The translations under genes were made by a program, and so were the position numbers. The notes beneath the pieces are model-generated. The model did no database searches, had not been told where the DNA came from, and saw only the letters and a program-made list of their open reading frames with translations. A stretch of DNA of 64,000 nucleotides from an uncultured Candidatus Sumerlaeota bacterium (GTDB taxonomy: Bacteria; Sumerlaeota; Sumerlaeia; UBA8349), in contig OW818685.1 of the NCBI GenBank assembly GCA_942493245.1, positions 3,452,389 through 3,516,388 on the forward strand, given 5' to 3'. Shown one piece after another: positions 48,204-58,800 of this stretch. The first letter of the stretch is position 1, and the number at the start of each line of letters is the position of its first letter.

Positions 48204-49259
48204 TCAAGGCGTCTTCTTCAGAAATTCCTCGAACTCGGGAGTAGTTTTCTCCAGGAAATTTCCGTTCCCTTCTCGAACCAGAAAAAGGGCGGCGAGGTTG
48301 TGGGTGGCCGCAAAGGTGAATCCCTCTTCCGGCCCCAGAACCATGAGAGCGGTGGCCCAGGCGTCCGCTTCGGCACAGGTGGACGCGATCACGCTGACCG
48401 AAGCCAGCGCATGTTCGATGGTACGACCCGTGCGCGGATCAATGGTGTGGGAAATACGTTTGCCATCCTCGATATAGAAAATTCGATAATCGCCCGAGGT
48501 GGCCATGGATCTGTCCGACAGGCTGACCGAGTCGGACAGATCGCGAGTGGCATTGTCGAGCGGTTTCAAAATCCCGACACGCCAGGGCCGCTCCGCATCG
48601 TTCCGTCCGCGCGCACGAATTTCTCCACCGATCTCGATCACATAATGCTCGATATCGAGTCCATCGAGCACTTTGGCCACCTGATCCACCCCATACCCCT
48701 TGGCAATCGCCGCCAGATCGCAATAGACTCGCGGGTCTTTCTTGTACAATGTCGAGGCCCCGGAATCGAGTTCCAGAAGTTGGTACCCCACATACTCGCG
48801 CAACGGAACAAGCGACTCGGCGGTCAACGGCTCGGCACTGCGTTTCTGCGGGCCGAATCCATAGGCGTTGACAATCGGCCCGACGGTGATATCGAACGCA
48901 CCGCCAGACAATTCACTCACCTTGAGCGACAGCGCAATCACCTCGATAGTCTCGGGAGAGAGGGACAGGGACGATTGCGCTGCGTTAAACCTGGAAATCT
49001 CGGAATCCGGGCGGTAGTTGGACATGAGGCCGTTGACCTCGTCGAGCCGTTTTTCGATTTTGGAGGCGATGTTTTGGTTTTCCTGGTCGGCCAGCGCGGC
49101 CGTCCGGGACGTCCGGTATTGCACCGTGTAGGTCGTGCCCATCGTCCCCCCCTGAATTTCCTGCAGGAGCAGCGAAGGCCGACCCAATTCGCGCAACAGA
49201 AACACCGCCACAACCAGCAGCAACACCGCAATGACGTGGAGCGAATACTGCGCCCACAT
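48204..49259 (-). CDS. apbE: FAD:protein FMN transferase (ApbE family)
   Basis: N-terminal membrane anchor/signal (MWAQYSLHVIAVLLLVVAVFLL) then an ApbE-like domain (..RISHTIDPRTG..). Start set at ATG 49259; the ORF is open to 49550 and 49436 is an alternative start. Confidence 0.75.
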   Translation of the reverse strand: MWAQYSLHVIAVLLLVVAVFLLRELGRPSLLLQEIQGGTMGTTYTVQYRTSRTAALADQENQNIASKIEKRLDEVNGLMSNYRPDSEISRFNAAQSSLSLSPETIEVIALSLKVSELSGGAFDITVGPIVNAYGFGPQKRSAEPLTAESLVPLREYVGYQLLELDSGASTLYKKDPRVYCDLAAIAKGYGVDQVAKVLDGLDIEHYVIEIGGEIRARGRNDAERPWRVGILKPLDNATRDLSDSVSLSDRSMATSGDYRIFYIEDGKRISHTIDPRTGRTIEHALASVSVIASTCAEADAWATALMVLGPEEGFTFAATHNLAALFLVREGNGNFLEKTTPEFEEFLKKTP

Positions 49260-49443
49260 TTCGGCCAGAAAACGCCGGTACCCCGGACTTAACCACAGAC
49301 TTTTGAGAAACGTCAAAAATTGGCGTCCGTAGTCCGGTCCCTTCTCGGACCAGGGCCGACCATCTCGAAAAACCCGACACACAGCCCGCCCCCATACCGT
49401 GGCGCGGCGACAGAGACGGACGGCTTTCACGACCATCGGGCGC

Positions 49444-50508
49444 TTAGGCATGGAGTTCCGGCGCATGTTCGCGCGTCCATTCCTCGATATCGGGCGCGCA
49501 GTACTGAACCCGCACTTTTTTGAACTCGCGCCGGGAGTGCAACAGGGCATAGTCGTCCAGACCGGTCGCGGCCCGAATGGCCTCGACCGCCTGGAGCGTT
49601 TCGCGGTCGTCGCGCCCGTGGATCATGGCATAGTGCGAATAGGGCCAGTCCGGAGGATACGTGGGACGCTGGTAACAGTGGGAAACCTGAGACACGGCGG
49701 CCATGCTCTTGCCAGCCGTTTCCGCTTGCTCGGGCGGCACATTCCACGCGCTCATGATGTTGGCCGTATATCCCGCCTGACGATGGCGCAGAATCGCGGC
49801 GAAGCGGCGCATGGCGCCTCGATCGAGGAACTGCCGCGCGAGGGTCAGCAACTGCTCGCAAGTCAAGCCGTGGGCTTGAGCCAGCACGGAGAACGGCTCG
49901 ATCTCCAGCGGCAGATCGGTCTGAAGCGCGCGAACGGCAGCCTGCTCGATGGCGCTCAGAGGGGGGACCTCCCGGGAAGGCAAATGGGGAAGAGAACCGG
50001 AATCCCCCTCCGATTCCAACCGTCCCGTTTCGAGGGAATCGGCTTCAGGCTCCCCCATCGAGAACCGCACACCGATCTTGAAGAGCCGCACCGCCGGGAG
50101 AAACAGCCAGTTGCGCGCGTCGGCCAGCCGGGCGAGCGCCCGGGCGTGGGAACGCAGGTCGGCCTCAGGCGGAACGGTGAGCGTGCTCCAGAGATTGAAA
50201 CGGTGCTCGCGTTCGTAGTTGTGGCTCACACCGGGATGGCTGTTGATGCGCAGGGCAGCCGACTCCAGCGCCTCGGGCAACAACTCGAACGCCAGAAGGG
50301 TACTTTGATACCCCAAAGCCGCTGAATCGAAAATCGCGCTGAGCTGGCGGATAAGACCCGATTCCTTTAATGCGCGAAGGCGCGTCAGGAGGGTCTCTTC
50401 CGGTAACTGCAACCGCTCTCCCAGAACGCGGAAGGGACGCTCGTTCAACGGGAAGGCCGTTTGAACGGCATCCAGAATGCGGCGGTCGAGATCGTCGAGG
50501 GACAGCAT
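49444..50508 (-). CDS. siroheme decarboxylase-like protein (fused AhbA/AhbB or NirD/NirL type, tandem Lrp/AsnC-like modules)
   Basis: Two tandem AsnC-like winged-helix plus ligand-domain modules (MLSLDDLDRRILDAVQTAF... and ..LSAIEQAAVRALQTDLP..), adjacent to hemL and a heme-type radical SAM gene. Confidence 0.65.
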   Translation of the reverse strand: MLSLDDLDRRILDAVQTAFPLNERPFRVLGERLQLPEETLLTRLRALKESGLIRQLSAIFDSAALGYQSTLLAFELLPEALESAALRINSHPGVSHNYEREHRFNLWSTLTVPPEADLRSHARALARLADARNWLFLPAVRLFKIGVRFSMGEPEADSLETGRLESEGDSGSLPHLPSREVPPLSAIEQAAVRALQTDLPLEIEPFSVLAQAHGLTCEQLLTLARQFLDRGAMRRFAAILRHRQAGYTANIMSAWNVPPEQAETAGKSMAAVSQVSHCYQRPTYPPDWPYSHYAMIHGRDDRETLQAVEAIRAATGLDDYALLHSRREFKKVRVQYCAPDIEEWTREHAPELHA

Positions 50509-50532
50509 GAACAGCCTCTTCCTGATTTCCTC

Positions 50533-51822
50533 TTACAGAACGGCCTTCGCCGCCAGCAAGGCCTCGCGCTGCGCGGCCAGCGTCGCGTCCACATCGGCGT
50601 CCGTGTGAGCCGCCGAAACAAAGGCCGCCTCGAACTGCGCCGGAGCCAGATAGATCCCCCGATCCAGCATCGCGTGGAAGTACGCCGCATAGGCCTTTGT
50701 ATTGCATCCGGCGGCCGTTTTCCACGAGGTGACACGCTCCCGGGTGAAAAAGAGACACGACATGGACCCCACCCGCGTGGTGAAAAGGTCCAGTCCCAGT
50801 TCTTTCAGATTCCGATCCGTCCCGGCGGCCAAGCGCGCCGAACGGACTTCAAGGGCGTCGTAGAACCCCGGCTCGCGCAACAACTCAAGGGTTTCAATCC
50901 CGGCGGTCATGGCCAGCGGGTTGCCCGACAGGGTGCCCGCCTGATAGACCGGTCCCTCGGGCGCCACTTTCGCCATAATGTCCGCCCGCCCGCCATACGC
51001 CCCCACCGGCAAGCCGCCGCCGATGATCTTGCCCAGGGTGGTCAGATCGGGCATGACGCCATAGCGCTCCTGTGCGCCCCCCAGCGCCACCCGGAACCCG
51101 GTCATCACCTCATCGAAAATCACAATAATCCCCTCGCGGGTACAGATTGCGCGCAAACCTTCGAGAAAACCCGGCTCGGGCGGCACCACGCCCATGTTGC
51201 CCGCAACCGGTTCGACAATAACCGCCGCGATCTCACCCGAGTTGGACCGGGTAAGCGCCTCGACCGATTCGAGGTCGTTGTACGACGCCAGGAGCGTGTC
51301 GGCGGCAGCGCCGGGTGTCACGCCGGGACTGTTGGGCACCCCAAGCGTCGCCGCGCCGGAACCGGCGGCGATCAGGAAACTGTCCGAGTGGCCGTGATAA
51401 CACCCCTCGAACTTGACAATCTTGTTGCGTCCCGTAAACCCACGCGCCACGCGCACGGCGCTAAGAGTCGCCTCGGTACCGGAATTGACCATGCGGACTT
51501 TTTCGATGGAAGGCACGATTTCGATAATCAGGCGCGCCAGTTGGTTCTCGAGCACCGTGGGCGCGCCAAAACTGGCGCCACGCGCACACGCCTTCTGAAG
51601 CGCTTCGACCACGCGCGGATGGGTATGACCGACGATCATGGGACCCCACGACCCGACGTAGTCAATGTATTCCCGCCCTTCGACATCGCGGATGCGGGCG
51701 CCCGACGCGCTTTCCATGACTACGGGCGTCCCGCCCACCGCGGCAAACGCGCGCACAGGCGAATTGACCCCACCGGGGATCAGCGTGCGGGCTTCTTCCA
51801 TGATTTGTTGACTGGTTGGCAT
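50533..51822 (-). CDS. hemL: glutamate-1-semialdehyde 2,1-aminomutase
   Basis: [10 protein letters not shown], a PLP-dependent class III aminotransferase pattern, full length (429 aa). Confidence 0.9.
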   Translation of the reverse strand: MPTSQQIMEEARTLIPGGVNSPVRAFAAVGGTPVVMESASGARIRDVEGREYIDYVGSWGPMIVGHTHPRVVEALQKACARGASFGAPTVLENQLARLIIEIVPSIEKVRMVNSGTEATLSAVRVARGFTGRNKIVKFEGCYHGHSDSFLIAAGSGAATLGVPNSPGVTPGAAADTLLASYNDLESVEALTRSNSGEIAAVIVEPVAGNMGVVPPEPGFLEGLRAICTREGIIVIFDEVMTGFRVALGGAQERYGVMPDLTTLGKIIGGGLPVGAYGGRADIMAKVAPEGPVYQAGTLSGNPLAMTAGIETLELLREPGFYDALEVRSARLAAGTDRNLKELGLDLFTTRVGSMSCLFFTRERVTSWKTAAGCNTKAYAAYFHAMLDRGIYLAPAQFEAAFVSAAHTDADVDATLAAQREALLAAKAVL

Positions 51823-51828
51823 ATCGAA

Positions 51829-52977
51829 TCACAACTCCTTTGAATGGCCCGATTGGGCCTTCGGTTCATAGACACAGAAGGGTTCTTCGGCCAGATAATC
51901 TCCCGTGGCCGCATACGCGCGGGCGCGGCATCCTCCGCACACGCGCCGGTATTCGCAGTACCCGCAACGACCGTGGTAGCCGTCGAGGTTGCGCATGGCC
52001 AGAAAAACGTCGGACGTCTCCCAGATCCGCTTGAAATCGTAGTTCGCCACCCGCAGATCCCCGCATTCCTCCTCCAGAAAACCGCAAATCTGAAGTTTCC
52101 CGACGTGCGAAATGAACGCAAAGGACTGCCCCCCCATGCACCCCTTCGACATCGCGTCGAGGCCATGCGTCTGCGGCGTGACTGAACGCCCCTTCTCGCG
52201 CTCGCGCTGACGCAGAATGCGGTAGTAGTGCGGGGCACAGGTGGGTTTGAAGAGAATCGACAGCGACTCGCGTTTCTCGTAGATCCAGTTGAGCGTCCGC
52301 TCGTACTCTTCGGGCGTCAGGCTCTGTTCAGCCATCTCCCGTCCCCGGCCCGTGGGCACCAGCAGGAACGGGTGGTAGGCCACCGCGCCGATCTCGATGG
52401 CCAGATCCAGAATCTTTTCGAGTTCGTGGAGGTTGTGCTTCGTGACGGTCGTATTGATCTGAAATTCGAGACCCGCCTCGCGGGCATTGCGGGCCGCGAG
52501 CATCACACTGTCGAACGCCCCCTCGACACGTCGGAACTGATCGTGGCTCTCAGCCGTGGCTCCGTCGAGACTCAGGCTGATACGCTGAATACCGCAGGCC
52601 TTCATCCGCTCGGCGGCCTCGACCGTCACCAACTGTCCGCACGGCGCCATCACCATGCGAAGCCCGAGGTCCGAACCGTGGCGCGCGATGTTCCAGATGT
52701 CCGCGCGCAACATCGGCTCCCCACCGGTGAGGATGATAATCGGTTTGCAGAACGACGCGATGTTGTCGAGCGTCGCGCAGATTTCTTCTTCGTTCAACTC
52801 ATTGCAGTAAGGCCCAAACTGCGCCGCCGCCCGGCAATGCACGCAGTTCAGGTTGCACGAGCGCGTCACCTCCCACGCGATGAGACGCGGCAGATACACG
52901 GGAGAACCGGGAGAGTGCGGAGACGGCATGGGAGAAGGTTCGGATGGATGTGGCATGGAAAGGTGACTGTACTCCAT
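51829..52977 (-). CDS. radical SAM/SPASM protein of the heme biosynthesis type (AhbC/AhbD/NirJ-like)
   Basis: CNLNCVHC radical SAM cluster motif and a Cys-rich C-terminal SPASM-like region (..CGYCEYRRVCGGCRARA..). Confidence 0.7.
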   Translation of the reverse strand: MEYSHLSMPHPSEPSPMPSPHSPGSPVYLPRLIAWEVTRSCNLNCVHCRAAAQFGPYCNELNEEEICATLDNIASFCKPIIILTGGEPMLRADIWNIARHGSDLGLRMVMAPCGQLVTVEAAERMKACGIQRISLSLDGATAESHDQFRRVEGAFDSVMLAARNAREAGLEFQINTTVTKHNLHELEKILDLAIEIGAVAYHPFLLVPTGRGREMAEQSLTPEEYERTLNWIYEKRESLSILFKPTCAPHYYRILRQREREKGRSVTPQTHGLDAMSKGCMGGQSFAFISHVGKLQICGFLEEECGDLRVANYDFKRIWETSDVFLAMRNLDGYHGRCGYCEYRRVCGGCRARAYAATGDYLAEEPFCVYEPKAQSGHSKEL

Positions 52978-53068
52978 TCAGGCTTCAAAATCGGTCTCGT
53001 AAAATATGGCGATTCCCCGCTTATCCGAACGAGAGAATACCTCCAACCGGATCAGAATTTCCAAGTCC

Positions 53069-54061
53069 TCACGCCAACCACCGCGCCACATCCTTGGCCG
53101 AGTAGGTCAGGATGATATCCGCGCCCGCGCGCCGGAAACCGGTCAGCGTTTCGAGCACGATGCGCTTTTCGTCAATCCATCCCCGAGCGGCCGCCGCCTT
53201 CACCATCGCATATTCACCGCTGACGTTGTAGGCCGCCACGGGCCGTCCGAACCGCTCGCGCACGCGCCAGATAATGTCCATGTAGGCCAAGGCGGGCTTC
53301 ACCATCACAATGTCGGCGCCCTCCTCGACATCGAGCCGCACTTCCTCGAGCGCCTCGAGCGCGTTGGCCGGGTCCATCTGATACGACCGGCGGTCGCCAA
53401 ACTGTGGCGCGGATCCCGCCGCCTCGCGGAAGGGGCCATAATACCCCGACGCGTACTTGGCCGCATACGCCATGATCGGCACGTTTTCGAAACCAGCCTC
53501 GTCCAGCCCTTCCCGAATGGCCGCCACGCGCCCGTCCATCATGTCGCTCGGCGCGACCATTGTGGCGCCCGACCGCGCGTGGCTCACCGCCGCCTGGGTC
53601 AACAATTCGAGCGCCTCGTCGTTCTGCACCACCCCCTGGCAGATCGGACCGCAATGGCCGTGGTCGGTGTACTCGCACAGGCACACATCGGTGATGATCT
53701 CGAGGCGGCTGTCCACCGCGCCCGTATTGACCTGGCTCGCCAGCGCCGCACAGGCCCGCTGCACAATCCCGTTTTCGGCATAGGCGCCCGAACCCACAGC
53801 GTCCTTGCTTTCCGGAATACCGAAAAGCAACACGCCCGGAATCCCCAGATCGCGCACCTCTTTACATTCCTCGACCAGCTGATCCACCGACAAATGGTAA
53901 CACCCCGGCAGCGAGGAGATTTCCTGACGGACATTCGTCCCCGGCACCACAAAGAGCGGATAGATCAAGTCATCCACGGAAAGCCGGGTCTCACGCACCA
54001 TGCGGCGCAGACTCTCGGTAGCGCGCAAGCGCCGCATACGCAGTTTCGGGAAAATGGACAT
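53069..54061 (-). CDS. hemB: porphobilinogen synthase (delta-aminolevulinic acid dehydratase)
   Basis: [13 protein letters not shown]..., active-site region ..[14 protein letters not shown].. and ..[14 protein letters not shown]... Confidence 0.9.
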   Translation of the reverse strand: MSIFPKLRMRRLRATESLRRMVRETRLSVDDLIYPLFVVPGTNVRQEISSLPGCYHLSVDQLVEECKEVRDLGIPGVLLFGIPESKDAVGSGAYAENGIVQRACAALASQVNTGAVDSRLEIITDVCLCEYTDHGHCGPICQGVVQNDEALELLTQAAVSHARSGATMVAPSDMMDGRVAAIREGLDEAGFENVPIMAYAAKYASGYYGPFREAAGSAPQFGDRRSYQMDPANALEALEEVRLDVEEGADIVMVKPALAYMDIIWRVRERFGRPVAAYNVSGEYAMVKAAAARGWIDEKRIVLETLTGFRRAGADIILTYSAKDVARWLA

Positions 54062-54312
54062 CGAGTTTTCGCCTCTCTTTCTCTCTGAACCCAGACTTTT
54101 CTCTGGAACATTTTCTTCAGCAGTCCCACCGGCGTCCAGAGAATTCTCGCTTCTCGTGCCGCCCGCAGTCTCATCCCCCCGGCGTCCCCACCGGCTTTCG
54201 CGGTTCTGTACCGCCGGCGTCCCCGCCGGCGAAGGAGCTCCAGAACGAACCGGCTCGAACCCGGGTGGACAAAATAATCGGGACATTCCCCCCGAGGTTC
54301 AGAAAATTCCCC

Positions 54313-55731
54313 TCAGATCTTTTCCAACTCGCAGCTTTCCCCCAGATCCGGAATCACAACCTGGAGATTCAATTCTTTCTCGAGCCGCTCGCGCAACGCC
54401 TGCAACCCCACATCTTCCCCATGCACCAGGAAGACCTTTCGCAGCCGCGGGCTGGTATCGCGAACCTTGCGGGCGTATTCGACCAGATCGTTCTGGTCGG
54501 CGTGACCGCTCATGGTGTTGAGCGTCGCCACCTCGGCGCGCAGTTTGTGCATCTGTCCCAGCAGGCGCACAGGATTCTGCCGCTCGACAATCCGCCGCCC
54601 GAGGGTGCCTTCCGCCTGGTACCCGACAAACATGATGCAGTTGCGCGGGTCCTCGATCGTGTTGTGCAGATGATGCACCACGCGCCCGCCTTCGCACATC
54701 CCGGAGGCCGAGATAATGATGGCCGCGTCAGGATCGGTGTTCAAACGCTTGCTCTCCTCCAGGCCCTGAATATACGTCACTTTCGGGAACTTCAGGATGT
54801 CGTGATTTTCCGAGAGCAACTCCAGCATCTCGGCGTCGAAACATTCCGAATGCCGCCGGAAGACCTCCGTGGCCTTGACTGCCAGCGGACTGTCCACAAA
54901 CACCCGGATCGGAGGCAACTTGCCCTCGGTGTTCAGTTCGTTGAGGAAATAGATCACCTCCTGCGTGCGCTCGACCGAGAAACTGGGAATCACAATCTTT
55001 CCGCGCCGATCCCAGACCCGCTGAATCACCTGCCGCATCTCCTCTTTCGCGTCCGAAATTGGATCGTGCAGACGTGAACCATAGGTACTTTCCATCAACA
55101 ACCAGTCCGCCCCGGACGGAATCTCGGGATCGCGCAGGATCGGTAACCCGTTGCGCCCGATATCGCCACTGAACACGATCCGGCGGCTGTTTCCGTTGTT
55201 GCGGACATCCACCCACACGGACGCGGACCCCAGGATGTGGCCCGCCTCGTGGAACGTCGCTTCAACCCCTTCCGCCACCGGTACAGACTCCAGGTAACCG
55301 CGTCCCTGAAACTGTTTCAGACAGCGCTCCGCGTCCCTGGTATCGTAAATAGGCTCGATTACCTCGTTCGAGCCGGCCTTCTGGCGTTTTTTCGTGTGCC
55401 ACTGGGCGTCGCGCTCCTGGAGCGAGGCGCTGTCGAGCAGTAGCGCCTGGCAAAGATCCTCCGTCGCCTGGGTACAATAAATCGGTCCCTTGAAATCCTG
55501 TTTGACCAGATTCGGCAGGTTTCCACTGTGGTCAATGTGCGCGTGCGAGAGCAATACGCAATCCACCGCGCTCGGCTCGAACCCGAAATTCAGATTCCGT
55601 TCGTAAGTCAGATGCCGGGGCCCCTGGTACATCCCGCAGTCCAGAAGCACCCGACAACCGTTGATGCTCAGCAAATGCCGCGACCCCGTGGTGGAGCGCG
55701 CCGCCCCATGAAACGCTATTGAAAGATCCAT
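54313..55731 (-). CDS. MBL-fold metallo-hydrolase with beta-CASP domain (RNA-metabolising type)
   Basis: HxHxDH motif (LSHAHIDHSG), beta-CASP region and a C-terminal RNA-specificity-like region; 472 aa. Confidence 0.8.
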   Translation of the reverse strand: MDLSIAFHGAARSTTGSRHLLSINGCRVLLDCGMYQGPRHLTYERNLNFGFEPSAVDCVLLSHAHIDHSGNLPNLVKQDFKGPIYCTQATEDLCQALLLDSASLQERDAQWHTKKRQKAGSNEVIEPIYDTRDAERCLKQFQGRGYLESVPVAEGVEATFHEAGHILGSASVWVDVRNNGNSRRIVFSGDIGRNGLPILRDPEIPSGADWLLMESTYGSRLHDPISDAKEEMRQVIQRVWDRRGKIVIPSFSVERTQEVIYFLNELNTEGKLPPIRVFVDSPLAVKATEVFRRHSECFDAEMLELLSENHDILKFPKVTYIQGLEESKRLNTDPDAAIIISASGMCEGGRVVHHLHNTIEDPRNCIMFVGYQAEGTLGRRIVERQNPVRLLGQMHKLRAEVATLNTMSGHADQNDLVEYARKVRDTSPRLRKVFLVHGEDVGLQALRERLEKELNLQVVIPDLGESCELEKI

Positions 55732-56262
55732 CGTTCTGTTTTGCTCCTTCTCAAGAGTTCCCTGAGACTAAACGGCCTTGCCTTTTGGAGCAATGAAAAA
55801 GAGAACGCGGACACACACCTATTCGCTTCGCCCCGCTCCCGTGTTCTCATGCCCCCAATCACCCAAAGCGAGTAGAATTCCTCCGGTCAAGCCCAAACCC
55901 TGAAAATCCTGCAAAAAAGAAAACAGCGGTCCTATTATTTGTCGCGCCGCGCAACAAAATATCTATTCCATTTAGAATCAGATGTCGAAATAAAACATCT
56001 CCCCGTATATCCTCTCATTTTCGAGCGGGAAACAGACTCAGAAAGTAGGCAGACCTAAGAAAAAACTGGAATTTCTTGAACATCCACAGTAAAAAGGCGT
56101 CTGTTTGCATCCGCATTCCCGTTCCGCTTCGTGGCCGGAACCTGGGGGAGCGCCAGTACCGGACAATCGGGAGGTCCAGCCTGGCTCAGACAGAAATGTC
56201 CCCAGACACCGACAAAAGTGAACGATACCCGCGGATCGCCATCCATTTGAAAGGAGTCTTGC

Positions 56263-58530
56263 ATGAGACTGAAAACCCCGATCTATTTCCTGGCCCTCGC
56301 GATTCTGACGATCGCGGCCACCCTTTCACAGGCCGAGTGGAAACCTGTGGAAGGCCACATCATGACCCGTTGGGCCAAAGACGTGTCACCCGACAAAGTA
56401 CTTCCCGAGTATCCGCGGCCCCAGATGGTCCGTAAGGAATGGAAGAACCTCAACGGCCTGTGGGACTACGCCATCGTCGAAAAAGACGCGCCCAAACCCG
56501 CCCAGTTCCAGGGCAGCATCCTGGTCCCCTTCCCCGTCGAGTCCGCCCTCTCGGGCGTCAAGAAGGAAGTCGGTGAGAAGAACCGCCTGTGGTACAGCCG
56601 CACATTCACGGTTCCCAAAGAATGGAAAGGCCAGCGCGTCCTGTTGCACTTCGACGCGGTGGACTGGGACGCCAAGGTCTGGGTGAACGACAAGGAAGTC
56701 GCCAGCCACCAGGGCGGATACGATCCCTTCTCGATCGATATCACCGACGCTCTGGGTGACAAAGCCGAACAGACGCTGGTTGTCTCGGTCTGGGACCCAA
56801 GCGACAAAGGCCCGCAGGCCCGCGGCAAACAGGTGCAGAAGCCGGAAGGAATCTGGTACACCCCCGTCACCGGTATCTGGCAGACGGTGTGGCTGGAACC
56901 GGTTCCCGCAGCCAGCATCCAGAGCCTCAAGATCGTTCCGGATATTGACAAGGGCCTCGTGACCATCTCCGCACAGACCACGGGCGCCAAGGACAGCGAC
57001 GAAGTCGCCATCGAAGTGCTGGACGGCGCGAACGCCGTCGTGTCGGGCCAAGCCGCTCCCAACAAAGCCGCCGAGTTGAAGATCGCCAACGCGAAACTCT
57101 GGTCCGTGGACACCCCGTTCCTGTACAACCTGCGCATCACCCTAAAGCAGGACGGCAAGGCCGTGGATTCCGTGGACAGTTACTTCGGCATGCGGAAAAT
57201 CTCGCTCCAGAAGGACGAGAAGGGGGTCCAGCGCCTCGCCCTCAACAACAAGATCCTCTTCCAGTACGGCCCGCTCGATCAGGGCTGGTGGCCCGATGGG
57301 CTTTACACCCCCCCGACGGACGAAGCCCTCAAGTTCGACATCGAGATCACCAAAAAGATGGGCTTCAACATGATCCGCAAGCACGTCAAGGTGGAATCGG
57401 CCCGCTGGTACACCCACTGCGACCAGTTGGGGATGCTCGTGTGGCAGGACATGCCGAGCGGCAACGTGAGCGACGCCCGGAAGAAAAACGAGGAGCAAGG
57501 CAAGAAGGCCGCCGCGCAATTCGAACTCGAACTCAAACGCATGATTGACGCGTTCCACAACTACCCGTCCATCATCATGTGGGTCCCCTTCAACGAAGGC
57601 TGGGGCCAGTACGACACCGAGCGCGTCGTCGAACTGGTGAAGAAGCAAGACCCCACGCGCCTGGTCAACAACGCCAGCGGCTGGACCGACATGCACGTGG
57701 GCGATGTGCGCGACCACCACGACTATCCCGGCGCCGGGCAACCGCAGGTGGAAGCCAACCGCGCCGACGTACAGGGTGAGTTCGGCGGCCTGGGACTGCC
57801 CGTCAAAGACCACGTGTGGAAAGACGACCCGAAAAACTGGGGCTATCGCACGTTCAAGGACATGGAAAGCCTCGCGGCCGACTACGAGCGCCTGATCCGT
57901 CAGGTCCACGTGTTCGCCGGCCAGGGCATGTCCGCCGCCGTGTACACGCAGACCACCGACGTGGAAGTCGAAGTCAACGGCCTCATGACCTACGACCGCG
58001 AAGTCATGAAATTCAAGCCCGAGTGGCTGGCCCAGGTCAACAACCGTCTCTATCAGACGCCGCCCGTGGTAACCCCCCTCGTTCACACCTCGGAGAAATC
58101 CGACGTGACGTGGCGCTACACCACGGCGAAGCCCGCCGACGGGTGGGAAAAGGCCGACTTCAAAGACGCCGACTGGAAAGAAGGCAAGGGCGTGCTGGGT
58201 ACCAAAGACACCCCCGGAGCCGCCGTGCGTACCGTCTGGAACACGCCCGACATCTGGGCGCGCCGCGTCGTCGAATTGCCCGACCTGGCGGGCAAGACGG
58301 TCGAACTCCTGCTCCTGCACGATGAGGACGCTGAAGTCTATATCAACGGCGTTCTGGCGGCGGAAGTCAAAGGGTTCAACAGCGCCTACGATTCCGTGGC
58401 CATCAGCGCCGAGGCCCAGAAGACCCTCAAGGCCGGCAAAAACGTCATCGCTATCCATTGCAACCAGAAAACGGGCGGTCAGAGCATTGACGCCGGTCTG
58501 GCCGCAATCGAGTATCCGAAAGCGAAATAA
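56263..58530 (+). CDS. glycoside hydrolase family 2 protein, secreted
   Basis: Signal peptide, GH2 sugar-binding region and TIM-barrel region (..WSVDTPFLYNL.., ..NMIRKHVKVE.., ..MWVPFNEGWGQ..). Ribosome-binding site AAAGGAG upstream of the ATG. Confidence 0.8.
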   Translation: MRLKTPIYFLALAILTIAATLSQAEWKPVEGHIMTRWAKDVSPDKVLPEYPRPQMVRKEWKNLNGLWDYAIVEKDAPKPAQFQGSILVPFPVESALSGVKKEVGEKNRLWYSRTFTVPKEWKGQRVLLHFDAVDWDAKVWVNDKEVASHQGGYDPFSIDITDALGDKAEQTLVVSVWDPSDKGPQARGKQVQKPEGIWYTPVTGIWQTVWLEPVPAASIQSLKIVPDIDKGLVTISAQTTGAKDSDEVAIEVLDGANAVVSGQAAPNKAAELKIANAKLWSVDTPFLYNLRITLKQDGKAVDSVDSYFGMRKISLQKDEKGVQRLALNNKILFQYGPLDQGWWPDGLYTPPTDEALKFDIEITKKMGFNMIRKHVKVESARWYTHCDQLGMLVWQDMPSGNVSDARKKNEEQGKKAAAQFELELKRMIDAFHNYPSIIMWVPFNEGWGQYDTERVVELVKKQDPTRLVNNASGWTDMHVGDVRDHHDYPGAGQPQVEANRADVQGEFGGLGLPVKDHVWKDDPKNWGYRTFKDMESLAADYERLIRQVHVFAGQGMSAAVYTQTTDVEVEVNGLMTYDREVMKFKPEWLAQVNNRLYQTPPVVTPLVHTSEKSDVTWRYTTAKPADGWEKADFKDADWKEGKGVLGTKDTPGAAVRTVWNTPDIWARRVVELPDLAGKTVELLLLHDEDAEVYINGVLAAEVKGFNSAYDSVAISAEAQKTLKAGKNVIAIHCNQKTGGQSIDAGLAAIEYPKAK

Positions 58531-58581
58531 TTCGGATCGCGGTTGAATCAAGACCGAATCAGAACCCCGTTCTGACAGACG

Positions 58582-58624
58582 AATCGCCCGGAGATCGCAA
58601 GATCCCCGGGCGATTTCGTTTTAT
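58582..58624 (+). terminator. rho-independent terminator after the GH2 gene
   Basis: AATCGCCCGG...CCGGGCGATT stem followed by TCGTTTTAT, about 50 bp after the stop codon. Confidence 0.55.
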
Positions 58625-58800
58625 CCCGTATTTTGAAACCCCACTCTTTTCTCACAGAAAATTCGCCCTTGACTCCCCACCCTGCCGGGGCATAGGTTTG
58701 AGCCAGCAGAACGAGTACTATTATACCGGGGGCCACCAGACGGGACATCCGGGGTTTTGTTGTGTGTTCCGAACCGGCTCGGCTCAGAAGAGAGGACTGT

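Noticed and set aside
47997-49292. 431-aa ORF on the plus strand
   Set aside because: Antisense to apbE and runs across the REP-like repeats; composition is non-coding-like.
49260-49550. N-terminal 97-aa extension of the ApbE ORF
   Set aside because: The translation is Arg/Trp/Cys-rich and non-protein-like and it overlaps the stop region of the upstream gene. The ATG at 49259, which begins a typical membrane anchor, was preferred; 49436 remains possible.
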